Source: an uncultured Acidobacteriota bacterium (GTDB lineage Bacteria > Acidobacteriota > Thermoanaerobaculia > Multivoradales > DATKCC01). Taken from it: DNA of 64,000 bases. The DNA lies in contig CAWIQD010000026.1 in the NCBI GenBank assembly GCA_963837945.1, positions 151,754 to 215,753 of the forward strand. Reading direction: 5' to 3'. This document shows positions 29,022 to 43,547 of the stretch, piece after piece. The notes under the pieces were generated by a model. The model was not told where the DNA came from. It worked only from the letters and a program-made list of their open reading frames with translations, and searched no databases. Position numbers and translations under genes: made by a program. Numbering within the stretch: the first letter of the stretch is position 1; each line of letters opens with the position of its first letter.

Positions 29022-30077
29022 TCAAGGATCCAAGCCCGAATACATCACCTCCCCGACGACCGAGCTGCCCTCGGGCAGCGTGCCGCCGGCGACGCGCCGG
29101 CAGATCAGCCGCTCGCGCACCCGGCTCCCCGGCGGCACCTCGGCGTCCCAGCCGACCACGCAGCCCTCGAGCACCGCGCCGGGCCCCACCCGAGCCCCGG
29201 GAAGCAACAGGCTCCGGCGCAGGCTGGCGCCCCGTCCCACCACCGCCTCGGCCTCCACCACCGACCGGCGCAGGCGCACGCCCGGGCCCAGGCGCGCGGT
29301 CGGCGCGACCCAGTTGCGCCGCAGCACCCGGACGATCCGCGGCCCGGCGCCGCCGGCGGTGGCGGCGTTGCGCAGCCTGCGCGGCGTGCCCAGGTCGTAC
29401 CAGGGCCGGCCGGTGACCACCGCCTGGATGCGCGCTCCCTCCGCGAGGAGCGGCTGGTAGAGGTCCTCGACGATGTGCGAGCACCCTTCGCCCACGCGCT
29501 CGAGCAGCTCCGGGTCGAGTACGTGGGCGCCGGCGAAGACGAGGCGCCGAATCCCCTCCGAGCGCTCGGCGGCCGGGTCGGGCGGCCCCGAGCGGAAGGA
29601 GGTCACCCTGCCGCCCTTGCGCTCCACCGCCACTCCGCCGCCGAAGCGGGCGGGGTCCGCGGCGCTCGCGAAGAGCAGGGTCGCGGCGGCGCCGCTCTTC
29701 TGGTGGCGCCGGACCAGGCGGCCGACGGGCCAGCGGCAGAGCGAGTCGCCGTTGACCAGGACCACCGCGTCGGCCGGCGCGAAGAACTCGCCGAGCGGGC
29801 CGAAGGCGCCCAGGGTGCCCAGGATCTCCGGCTCCTCGGAGTAGGTGAGCGGCACCTCCCGGAAGCTCTCGCCGAAGCGGTCGCGAATCGCGCCGCCCAG
29901 GTGGTGGAGGTTGAGGGCGATCGCCTCGCAGCCGGCGGCCGCCAGGCGCTCGAGGGTGAGCTCGACGACCGGCTTGCCGCGCACCGGCAGCAGGGGCTTG
30001 GGTCGGGTGTCGGTGAGCGGGCCCAGGCGGGTGCCGTACCCCGCCGCCAGGACGAGCGCCCGGATCCGCGCCGCCAT
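29022..30077 (-). CDS. Sugar-phosphate nucleotidyltransferase (NDP-sugar pyrophosphorylase, GlmU/RmlA-like with C-terminal left-handed beta-helix)
   Basis: N-terminal [21 protein letters not shown] motif. Hexapeptide-repeat C-terminus. Confidence 0.8.
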   Translation of the reverse strand: MAARIRALVLAAGYGTRLGPLTDTRPKPLLPVRGKPVVELTLERLAAAGCEAIALNLHHLGGAIRDRFGESFREVPLTYSEEPEILGTLGAFGPLGEFFAPADAVVLVNGDSLCRWPVGRLVRRHQKSGAAATLLFASAADPARFGGGVAVERKGGRVTSFRSGPPDPAAERSEGIRRLVFAGAHVLDPELLERVGEGCSHIVEDLYQPLLAEGARIQAVVTGRPWYDLGTPRRLRNAATAGGAGPRIVRVLRRNWVAPTARLGPGVRLRRSVVEAEAVVGRGASLRRSLLLPGARVGPGAVLEGCVVGWDAEVPPGSRVRERLICRRVAGGTLPEGSSVVGEVMYSGLDP

Positions 30078-30107
30078 CTCAGCGCGCGGGCAGCTCGGGC
30101 GCCGAGC

Positions 30108-30677
30108 TCACCCGCCCTCCGGCGCGAACGTCATGTCCGCGGGGGCATCCGGGTGCTCGCTCAGGTAGTCCTGGTAGAGACGGAGGTAGTTGCGCCGCTC
30201 GGCGCGGCTGGGATCGAAGCCGAGCCGCTTGGCGAGCGCCTCGGCGGCGTCGCCCTCGAGCTCCGCGAAGTCGCCGATCGGCGTGTGGTCGAGCGCCACC
30301 GTCACGCCTCCGACCCGCCACATCTCGCGGCGCTTCTCGTAGCGCCGGGTCACCGCGTAGCCGAGGCTCTCGAAGAGCAGGCGCACCTGCTCGGGATCGG
30401 TGACCTCGCTCTCGTACTCCTGGCGGACCTTGACGCGGCCCTCGTAGCGCGCCGGCCCCTTGAAGGTCAGCCAGGCACCGCGCGTGTCCTGGCGCAGGCG
30501 GAGCACGCAGCCGGCCGCCTCGAGCTTCCCCGCGCGGTCGAGCAGCCAGTTCTCCTCGAGCGAGGAGGCCCAGACCCGCTCGGCCTCCATGTCGATCAGC
30601 CGGTCGCGCACCCGGTCGTGCTCGACGGCCGAGAACTTGAGCTCGCGCTCGACGCTCTGTCCCTCGCTCGGTCCCAT
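30108..30677 (-). CDS. CYTH-domain protein (class IV adenylate cyclase / triphosphatase-like)
   Basis: Trimmed to ATG 30677. N-terminal ExExK (ERELKF), 189 aa. Confidence 0.7.
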   Translation of the reverse strand: MGPSEGQSVERELKFSAVEHDRVRDRLIDMEAERVWASSLEENWLLDRAGKLEAAGCVLRLRQDTRGAWLTFKGPARYEGRVKVRQEYESEVTDPEQVRLLFESLGYAVTRRYEKRREMWRVGGVTVALDHTPIGDFAELEGDAAEALAKRLGFDPSRAERRNYLRLYQDYLSEHPDAPADMTFAPEGG

Positions 30678-30685
30678 AGGGGTCT

Positions 30686-32068
30686 TCACTCTCCGGAGAG
30701 GCGGTCGAGGAAGAGCGCCGTCGCACGGATGCCGTCGTAGAAGTTGTCGACCTTGAAGCGCTCGTTGGGCGAGTGGAGGCCGTCGTCGGGCAGGCCGAAG
30801 CCCATCATCAGGATCGGCACGTCGAGGACCTCGGAGAAGGTGGAGACGATCGGGATCGAGCCGCCCTCGCGCACCAGCACCGGGCGCTTGCCCCAGACCT
30901 GCTCCATCGCCGCCGCGCACGCCTCGACCTCTGGGCCCTTGGTCTCGAGGAGGGTCGGCTGGGCGCCGTGGAGGTCGAGGACCTCGACCGTCACCCCCCG
31001 CGGGGCCACCTGGTGCACGTAGTCGGTGAACAGGCGCGCTATCTTCTTGGGGTCCTGGTCGGGCACCAGGCGCATCGAGACCTTGGCGCCGCCCCAGGAC
31101 GCGATGACCGTCTTCGCCCCCTTGCCCTCGTAGCCGCCGAAGATGCCGTTGACGTCGCAGGTGGGGCGCGCCCAGGTGCGCTCGCGGGTGGTGTAGCCCT
31201 GCTCGCCGAAGGTCTCCGAGACGCCGATCGAGGCGGCGTACTCGGCCTCGTCGAAGGGCAGGGCCGCGAACTCCTCGCGCTCCCAGTCGGCGAGCGGGCG
31301 CACGTCGTCGTAGAAGCCGGGGACGAGGACCCGGCCGGTCTCGGCGTCCCACAGGCGGCTCACGATGTGGCACAGGGCGTTCAGCGGGTTGGTCACGCCG
31401 CCGCCGAAGGTGCCGGAGTGGAGGTCCTTGTCCGGGCCGGTCACCCGGATCTCCATGTACGCCAAGCCTTTGAGGCCGTAGATCAGGGACGGCTGGCCCG
31501 GGGCGTACATCGAGGTGTCGGAGATCACCACGCAGTCGGCGGCCAGGCGGCGGCCGCCGTCCTCGCGGACGTGGCGCTCGATCGCCTCGCCCCCCGACTC
31601 CTCCTCGCCCTCGACCAGGAACTTGACGTTGACCGGCAGCGAGCCGCGCTCGGCGAGGATCGCCTGGACCGCCTTGACGTGGGCGAAGGACTGGCCCTTG
31701 TCGTCGGTCGAGCCGCGGGCGACCAGGAAGCCGTTCTCGATCGTCGGCTCGAAAGGCGGGCTCTTCCAGAGCTCGAGCGGGTCGGCGGGCTGGACGTCGT
31801 AGTGGCCGTAGAAGAGGACGGTCGGGCGGCCCGGAGCGCCGGTCCACTCGCCGTAGACCAGCGGGTAGCCGCCGGCGTCCACCGTCTCGGCGGCGAGGCC
31901 GGCCGCCTTCATCTGGTCGATCAGGAAGCCGCTCGCGCGGCGGACCTCGTCGGCGTACTCGGGATCGGTCGAGATCGACGGGATGCGCAGGAAGTCCTGG
32001 AGCTCTTCGAGGTAGCGCCCCTTCTCGCGGTCGATGTGATCGAGGACGTCCTGGCTGTCGTGGCTCAT
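30686..32068 (-). CDS. M20-family metallopeptidase (dipeptidase/ArgE-DapE-like)
   Basis: Trimmed to ATG 32068 (MSHDSQDV). M20 motifs [21 protein letters not shown]. Confidence 0.85.
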   Translation of the reverse strand: MSHDSQDVLDHIDREKGRYLEELQDFLRIPSISTDPEYADEVRRASGFLIDQMKAAGLAAETVDAGGYPLVYGEWTGAPGRPTVLFYGHYDVQPADPLELWKSPPFEPTIENGFLVARGSTDDKGQSFAHVKAVQAILAERGSLPVNVKFLVEGEEESGGEAIERHVREDGGRRLAADCVVISDTSMYAPGQPSLIYGLKGLAYMEIRVTGPDKDLHSGTFGGGVTNPLNALCHIVSRLWDAETGRVLVPGFYDDVRPLADWEREEFAALPFDEAEYAASIGVSETFGEQGYTTRERTWARPTCDVNGIFGGYEGKGAKTVIASWGGAKVSMRLVPDQDPKKIARLFTDYVHQVAPRGVTVEVLDLHGAQPTLLETKGPEVEACAAAMEQVWGKRPVLVREGGSIPIVSTFSEVLDVPILMMGFGLPDDGLHSPNERFKVDNFYDGIRATALFLDRLSGE

Positions 32069-32277
32069 GGTGACTGCTCCTCCTTCACGCGGCTCGGGCT
32101 GGCCTGGCACCTGGACCTCTGGGTCGGCACGCCGCGGACCGGAACGGACGACAATGAAGCCGGCCCGCGCGGGGGCGGTTGGCCGGGTCTCAGAGCATAG
32201 CCCGGTTTTCGCCTTGCCTCAATCATGGGCACCCTCCGGCGTCCCTCGGCGACGCCCGCCCCGGGGCTCACCGGCGC

Positions 32278-32877
32278 TCAGGGGGCGCGGTCTTCGGGAG
32301 CGACGGCGACCGGGTCGGGGCGGGTGCGGGCGATGCGGGTGAGGTTGACGGCGTTGATCACGAAGTGGGCGGTCATCGGAGCGAGCAGGGTACCGAGCTC
32401 GCGGACCAGCAGGCCGAAGGCGACCCCGGCGACGGCGGCGAACAGGGCCCAGAGCAGGAACGTCCGGCCCGGGCCGGTGTGGAGGAGGGCGAAGAGCACG
32501 GTCGCGACGACGATCCCGAGCGAGCCTTGGACCGCGCCGCGGAAGAAGAGCTCCTCGGCGAAGGCGGAGATCAGGGCGAGGGCGAGGGCGTCGGGCGTCG
32601 GCAGGCCGGAGAGGACGCCGGCGAGGTGCCGCTCGAGGTCGCGGGCGGCGCCCAAGGTGCGCCGGCCGAGCTCCCAGAGGCCGACGAGGGCGAGGCCGGT
32701 ACCCACGCCCCAGGCGAGCTCGAGCCACCAGCGGCCGGGGGTGAGGAGCTGGTCGAGGGCGAGGCCGCCGCGCGCGAGGCCCATCCAGACGGCGCCGGCG
32801 ATCGCCAGGACGAGGTAGACGGTCCAGGCGATACGGAAGAGGCGGGAGGGGCCGATGCGCGGGGGGTCAGGAAGCAT
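32278..32877 (-). CDS. CPBP-family intramembrane glutamic endopeptidase (CAAX protease-like)
   Basis: EELFFRG motif, multiple TM helices, second His motif (FALLH). Confidence 0.8.
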   Translation of the reverse strand: MLPDPPRIGPSRLFRIAWTVYLVLAIAGAVWMGLARGGLALDQLLTPGRWWLELAWGVGTGLALVGLWELGRRTLGAARDLERHLAGVLSGLPTPDALALALISAFAEELFFRGAVQGSLGIVVATVLFALLHTGPGRTFLLWALFAAVAGVAFGLLVRELGTLLAPMTAHFVINAVNLTRIARTRPDPVAVAPEDRAP

Positions 32878-32956
32878 GGGTCGGGTCGGGCTGGTCAGTG
32901 GGGGTGGTTGTGGCTAAGGAGGCGTGGCACACGTCCGCGAGCGGGTGGCTTTCTCG

Positions 32957-33300
32957 GCGGCGAACTGCGCCGGCGAGAAACCACGCGCTCCCGCGGACTG
33001 CCACCTCGGCGGGTGAAAGAACGACCCGCGCTTCGGCGGGGGGAGAGGGGGGATCGGCGTTCGGTGCTCTCCTCGCCGTAGACTGCGCCGGCGAGAAACC
33101 ACGCGCTCCCGCGGAATGCTACCTCGGCGGGTGGAACTGAGATCCGCCTTTCGGCGAGGGGAGAAGAGGGGGGAACGGCGCGGTCGGACTTCGTAGCGCA
33201 TGGCCCCGGCCGGTTACCCACATGTCGACCGGCAACCCCGCCTGAAGCGGCCGAGCTCTGTCTCGGCCGGCCGAACGGTGTGCGGGCACCGAGCGCCTCG
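32957..33300. repeat. Intergenic repeat locus A: two tandem ~115-bp copies (32957-33070, 33072-33185) plus a cggccgag..ctcggccg hairpin segment (33248-33290); same family as locus B at 50384-50800
   Basis: Direct comparison: actgcgccggcgagaaaccacgcgctcccgcgga[c/a]tgc[c/t]acctcggcgggtg.. duplicated. gaagcggccgagctctg[t/c]ctcggccgg shared with 50531-50560. Confidence 0.7.
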
Positions 33301-33319
33301 ACTCGTCCCCCCGGTGCCC

Positions 33320-33976
33320 TCAGTCTTCGAAACTCTTCCCGGTCTTCTTCCAGTCCGACAAGAACTTGTCCAGGCCTGCGTCGGTCAGGGGGTGGTGGTA
33401 AAGCTTCTCGAGGGTCGCGAAGGGGATCGTCGCGACGTGGGCTCCGAGGAGCGCGGCCTGGACGACGTGGAGCGGGCTTCGGACGGAGGCGACCAGGACC
33501 TCGGTCTCGAACTGGTAGTTGGCGTAGATCGCGATCACCTGCTCGACGAGCTCCAGGCCGTCGCCGCCGACGTCGTCGATCCGTCCGACGAAGGGCGAGA
33601 TGTAGGCCGCTCCGGCCTTGGCGGCGAGAAGGGCCTGGGCGGCCGAGAAGCAGAGCGTCACGTTGGTCGGCGTGCCCTCGGCGGCCAGGTCGCGGACGGC
33701 GCGCAGCCCGGCGGGCGAGAGCGGCACCTTGACCACGACGTTGGGCGCCAGGCCGGCGAGGCGGCGGGCCTGCTCCATGATCTCGCCGTGCTCGGTCGCC
33801 AGGACCTCGCCCGAGACCGGTCCGGGGACCAGGCGGGCGATCTCCTTCACGGTCGGCAGGTAGGGCTTTCCCTGCTTCGCGATCAGGCTCGGGTTGGTGG
33901 TGATGCCGTCCACCATCCCCCACTCGAGCCCCTGCTCGATCTCCTGGACGTCGGCGGTGTCGAGAAAGAATCTCAT
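33320..33976 (-). CDS. Transaldolase / fructose-6-phosphate aldolase (TalC/FSA subfamily)
   Basis: MRFFLDTADV start, catalytic Lys context VVVKVPL, 218 aa. Confidence 0.9.
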   Translation of the reverse strand: MRFFLDTADVQEIEQGLEWGMVDGITTNPSLIAKQGKPYLPTVKEIARLVPGPVSGEVLATEHGEIMEQARRLAGLAPNVVVKVPLSPAGLRAVRDLAAEGTPTNVTLCFSAAQALLAAKAGAAYISPFVGRIDDVGGDGLELVEQVIAIYANYQFETEVLVASVRSPLHVVQAALLGAHVATIPFATLEKLYHHPLTDAGLDKFLSDWKKTGKSFED

Positions 33977-34013
33977 CGGTTTCGGCGCTCCTCGCGCTCG
34001 GGTCGGTTGCGGG

Positions 34014-36530
<2,517 letters not shown>

Positions 36531-36709
36531 GTCGTCCGAATCGGTCTCAGGGCTTGTGGATGAATCTCCGGCCGTCGCGAGGGCGCTCCCGGGCGCCCCT
36601 CGCAAGGCACGCCGACGCAGGCGTAGCGGGGCCTACGTCGAGGAGGCGCAACGCCGCGAGGGGTGATTTGGGAGCGCCCGCAGCAGGTCGGAGATTCATT
36701 CACGAGGTC

Positions 36710-39448
<2,739 letters not shown>

Positions 39449-39520
39449 CTAAAAAGAAGCGCTAGGTTCAACTGAATCAATCATTTACGAGGCGGTTTCC
39501 GCACGCTGCGAAAAACTCGC

Positions 39521-40624
39521 TCAAACGGCTTCCAGACGACCGCCCTCGAGGCGCCAGCGGCGGTCGGTGGCGAGGCCTTCCCAGACCGCCGGGCGGTTGG
39601 AGCTCGCGATCATCTGCTCGGCTCCGGTCCCCGCCCCGGCGAAGACCCGCCAGACCGCCGCGAGGCTCTCGGCGGAGAGCTCGGCGTCGAGGTCGTCGAG
39701 CAGGTAGACCGGGCTCCGGCCCGCGTTCTCGATCACCTTGCCGTGGGCGACGGCGAGCGCCAGGGAGAGGAGCTTGCGCTCCCCCGCCGAGGTCACCTGC
39801 GCGGCCGGGTGGGCCCCCCACCGGATCTCGAGCTCGTCGCGGTGCGGTCCGACGAGCGGCGTGCCCCGCCGGCGCTCGGCGGCGGCGGCGCGCTCGAGCC
39901 GCTCGGTCGCCGCCTCGACCCCGTCGAGCGCCGCCCGCGGCGAGGGCCGGTAGGAGAGGGCGACGGCGGGCAGGGGAAGGGCGATCTCGGCGAGCACCCC
40001 GGCCAGGGCCTCGGCGAGGGCGCGGACGTAGCCGCTGCGCAGCCGGACCACCTCGACCGCCGCCTCGGCGAGCACCCGGTTCCAGGCGGCGAGGCTCTCG
40101 TCCCCCGCCGCGCGGGTCGAGGCGCGCCGCGGCTCGCCGGCGAGCAGCCCGCGTTTGGCGGCCAGGGCCTCGCGGTAGCGCCGGAGCACGTCCAGGGCGC
40201 CGGGGCGCAGGCTGACGACACCGCGGTCGAGGAGGCGCCGGCGGCGGACCGGCGGACCGGCGATCACCTCGACGTCACCGGAGGTCCAGGCGACGACCGG
40301 CAGGATGGCGAGGTGCTCGGCGAGGGAACCCCGGCTGCCGTTGACCGCGCGCCGGCGGCCGTCCGGCCCCCAGGCGACCTCGAGACCGGCGCGCGAGGCC
40401 TCCTCGACCTCGGCCCGCAGCCGGAAGGAGCTCTCGCCGTGCCGGACGCACTCGGCGAGCCGAGGGGTGCGGAAGCTGCGGGTGGTGGCGACGGCGTAGA
40501 CCGCCTCGAGGAGGCTCGTCTTGCCGGCGCCGTTGCCGCCCAACAGGAGATGGCGGCCCGGGCCCGGCACCCAGGCGAGGGATTCGAGGTTCCGGAAGCG
40601 CTCGGCTTCGAGCGAGACCAGCAT
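39521..40624 (-). CDS. recF: DNA replication and repair protein RecF
   Basis: Walker A GGNGAGKTSLLEA, SMC-like signature, 367 aa, conserved position downstream of dnaN. Confidence 0.9.
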   Translation of the reverse strand: MLVSLEAERFRNLESLAWVPGPGRHLLLGGNGAGKTSLLEAVYAVATTRSFRTPRLAECVRHGESSFRLRAEVEEASRAGLEVAWGPDGRRRAVNGSRGSLAEHLAILPVVAWTSGDVEVIAGPPVRRRRLLDRGVVSLRPGALDVLRRYREALAAKRGLLAGEPRRASTRAAGDESLAAWNRVLAEAAVEVVRLRSGYVRALAEALAGVLAEIALPLPAVALSYRPSPRAALDGVEAATERLERAAAAERRRGTPLVGPHRDELEIRWGAHPAAQVTSAGERKLLSLALAVAHGKVIENAGRSPVYLLDDLDAELSAESLAAVWRVFAGAGTGAEQMIASSNRPAVWEGLATDRRWRLEGGRLEAV

Positions 40625-40655
40625 CAGGAGAGCCGACGCGGCAAGCGGGCCGAGC

Positions 40656-41772
40656 TCAGATCCGCATGGGCATGATGACGCAGAGGTAACGGCCCTTGCC
40701 GTCGTCGTCCTCCGGGTAGCCCACCGTCTGGGTGTTCTCGTCCTTGAGCTCGAGGCGTACCTTGTCGACCTCCACCGCTCCCAGGAACTGGTCGAGGTAG
40801 TCGGGGTTGATGCCGATCTTGAACTCGGGGCCCGCGTACTCGCACTCGACCCGCTCGGTCGCCTCTCCCAGGTCGGGGTTGACCGCCGAGACCACCAGCT
40901 CGTCCGGGGCGAACGACAGGCGCACCGCGCGCGCCCGGTCGCCGGTCAGGAGAGCCACGCGCTTGACCGCGTCGCCCAGGCTCCGCCGGTCGAAGACCGC
41001 CTTCTTGTCGTTGTCCTTGGCGATCACCCGCTCGTAGTCCGGGAAGGTCCCCTCGAGGATCCGGCAGGTCGAGCTCCCGGCGCCCGAGGCGAAACGACAG
41101 GTGGTGCGCGCCCCGGCGGTAGCCCACCGCCTCGTCGCTCTCGAAGCGCTGGAGCTCCTGGAGCGCTTTCCTCGGCACCAGGACCGAGTCCTCCTCGGGG
41201 CCTTCGCCCGCCGCCAGGCCGGCGACCGGCGCCTCGACCAGCGCCAGGCGATGGCCGTCGGTCGCCACCAGCTCGATCGAGGCCTCCTTGAACTTGAGCA
41301 GGGCGCCGTTGAGCTGGAAGCGCGACTCCTCGCTCGAGACCGCGAAGAGGATCTTCGAGATCATCTTGCGGACTTCGGCGAACGGGATCTCGACCCGGTT
41401 CTCCTCGTCGACCGTCGGCAGCGTGGGGAAGTCCTCGGGCGGCAAGCCGTGGATCTTGAAGCGCGAGTTGCCGGCCTTGATCGTCAGCTCCCGCGGCTCC
41501 TCCTGGATGAGGTGGACCTCCTGGCCGACGAGCGAGCGGATGATCTCCATGAACTTCTTCGCCTGGACGGCGATCGCCCCCTCGGCGGCGACGTCGGCCT
41601 CGCAAAAGGAGGTGAGCGACACGTCGAGGTCGGTGGCCGCGAGGCTCAGCCGGTCCCCCTTGGCGGAGAGCAGGAGGTGGGCGAGCACGGGGATCGTCGT
41701 CTTGCGTTCGACGATGCCCTGCATCGGTGCCAGCTCGGCGAGGAATTGGTTGCGCTCGACTCGGACGTCCAT
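40656..41772 (-). CDS. dnaN: DNA polymerase III beta sliding clamp; apparent +1 frameshift at ~41060-41075
   Basis: ATG 41772 with AAGGAGGGAG RBS. N-terminal two-thirds in one frame (..SFRLGRRELD), C-terminal third (CRILEGTFPDYERVIAKDNDKK...IMPMRI) in the +1 frame. Confidence 0.9.
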
Positions 41773-42024
41773 CGCTCTACTCCCTCCTTGGAAGGACAGA
41801 GGAATATATAGCACAGCAGAAGTAGTCCATAGGTCCTGTGGAACGGCGGACGGTTGTCGCAAGTACCATCGATCGAAGGGGTTGAGCTCTCCGCAGTCAG
41901 CGGAAGACCGGGTGTCGAGAACCTGTGGACGGGAGGTGGAAAACTCTCGGGCCAGAAGCTTTCCGCAGCTCGTCCACAGGCCGGCTCACAGGGATCTCCA
42001 CAGCAAATCCGGAGGAGGCCGGGG
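41773..42024. promoter_or_regulatory. dnaA-dnaN intergenic region with five TGTGGA/TCCACA DnaA-box-like motifs and a short AT-rich stretch (candidate oriC)
   Basis: cctgtggaa, acctgtggac, ggtggaaaac, cgtccacagg, atctccacag. ggaatatatagcac AT-rich patch. Confidence 0.5.
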
Positions 42025-43347
42025 TCAGGAGAAGTGCTCCTGGATCAGGCGGACGGTGCGGTCGAGGTCCTCGTCGGTGGTGCGCAGCTGCTCGATCTTC
42101 TCCACCCCGTACATGACCGTCGAGTGATGCTTGTTGTTGAACTGCTTGCCGATCTCGGGGTAGGAGAGGTCCGTCAGCTTCTTGCACAGGTACATCGCGA
42201 CCTGGCGCGGGAAGGAGATCTGCTTGGAGTTGTTCCGGCTCTTGATCTCGCTGACCTTGAGGCCGTAGTGGCGGGCGACGAACTTGATGATCTCGGCCGC
42301 CGAGCCCCGGTGGTCGTCCTGGGGCAGGATGTCCTTCAGGGTCTCCTTGGTGAGCTCGAGCGACAGCGGCTTGCCGGTGAGCGAGGCGAAGGCGATCACC
42401 CGGTTGAGCAGCCCTTCGAGCTCGCGGATGTTCGAGCGCACCTGGCGGGCGACGAAGTAGGCGACGCCCTGCGGCAGCTCGACCCCCTCGGTCTCGGCCT
42501 TGCGGCGGAGGATGGCGACCTTGGTCTCGAGGTCCGGCGGCTGGATGTCGGTGATCAGGCCCCACTCGAAGCGGCTTCTGAGGCGCTCCTCGAGGGTCGG
42601 GATCTGGCGCGGCGAGGAGTCCGAGGAGAGGATGATCTGGCGCTGGCTCGAGTAGAGCGTGTTGAAGGTGTGGAAGAACTCCTCCTGGGTGCGCTCCTTG
42701 TTGGCGAGGAACTGGACGTCGTCGACCAGCAGGACGTCGATCGTCCGGTAGCGCTCGCGGAAGACCGGCATGCGGTCGAAGCGGATCGAGTTGATCAGCT
42801 CGTTGACGAACTGCTCGGCGGCCAGGTACATCACCTGCAGCCGCGGGTGGTGGCGCAGGATGTGGTGGCCGATGGCGTGGAGCAGGTGGGTCTTGCCGAG
42901 CCCGACCCCGCCGTAGAGGAAGAGGGGGTTGTAGCTGCGCGACGGGCTCGAGGCGACCGCCTGGGCGGCGGCGTGGGCGAACTCGTTCGACTTGCCGACG
43001 ACGAAGGTCTCGAAGGTGTAGCGCGGGTTGAAGCCGTTCGGCGCCGGGGCGGCGGCGTGCGCCGTACGCGTCGCCTCGGGCGCGGGGCCGGCGGCGGGCG
43101 CGCTCTCGTCCTCGGAGGAGAACAGGACCTGGAACGGCGAGCCCGCGAGGCCGGCCATCGCCCGGTCGACGGCCGGGCGGTAGCTCTCCTCGAGGGTGTG
43201 GAGGAACCGGGTGTTCGGCGCCACGAGGACGAGGCGCTCAGGATCCTCCGACCGGACCCTGAGGGGCTTGAACCAGGTGGCGTACTCCTCGGGCTCGAGC
43301 TGGTGGGCGAGCTGTTCGCGGAGGCGATCCCAGTGGCTCTGTGTCAC
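42025..43347 (-). CDS. dnaA: Chromosomal replication initiator protein DnaA
   Basis: AAA+ Walker A GGVGLGKTHLLHA, DnaA signature and C-terminal DNA-binding helix (VMYGVEKI). 440 aa. Confidence 0.95.
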   Translation of the reverse strand: MTQSHWDRLREQLAHQLEPEEYATWFKPLRVRSEDPERLVLVAPNTRFLHTLEESYRPAVDRAMAGLAGSPFQVLFSSEDESAPAAGPAPEATRTAHAAAPAPNGFNPRYTFETFVVGKSNEFAHAAAQAVASSPSRSYNPLFLYGGVGLGKTHLLHAIGHHILRHHPRLQVMYLAAEQFVNELINSIRFDRMPVFRERYRTIDVLLVDDVQFLANKERTQEEFFHTFNTLYSSQRQIILSSDSSPRQIPTLEERLRSRFEWGLITDIQPPDLETKVAILRRKAETEGVELPQGVAYFVARQVRSNIRELEGLLNRVIAFASLTGKPLSLELTKETLKDILPQDDHRGSAAEIIKFVARHYGLKVSEIKSRNNSKQISFPRQVAMYLCKKLTDLSYPEIGKQFNNKHHSTVMYGVEKIEQLRTTDEDLDRTVRLIQEHFS

Positions 43348-43373
43348 GGCTCAGCTTACGGAACGAGGACAAG

Positions 43374-43404
43374 TTTCCACAACATTTCCACAGACTGTGG
43401 AAAA
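43374..43404. promoter_or_regulatory. Cluster of three DnaA boxes immediately upstream of dnaA
   Basis: TTTCCACA (43374-81), TTTCCACA (43385-92), inverted TGTGGAAAA (43396-404). Match TTWTNCACA consensus. Confidence 0.6.
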
Positions 43405-43547
43405 GGTATCCGCCGTGGAGGGGGGGCGGCGGCACGGCTCTTCCCGAACTAGGGCGAGCGAGATAGTACCACACGGCGGACGATCCGCAAGAGCTCGGAG
43501 AAGATTTCGAGGCATTCGTACAAGTCCTTTGTCTACAAATATTTGCA

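Noticed and set aside
25653-30740. 1695-aa uninterrupted ORF
   Set aside because: High-GC artefact. Only 26532-~28500 (DUF255 protein) is coding. The remainder is antisense to the nucleotidyltransferase, CYTH and M20 genes and has low-complexity Arg/Gly composition.
32957-33300. Repeat loci A and B as CRISPR arrays
   Set aside because: Units are 88-115 bp without unique spacers of regular length. Structure fits REP/MITE-like tandem repeats, not CRISPR.
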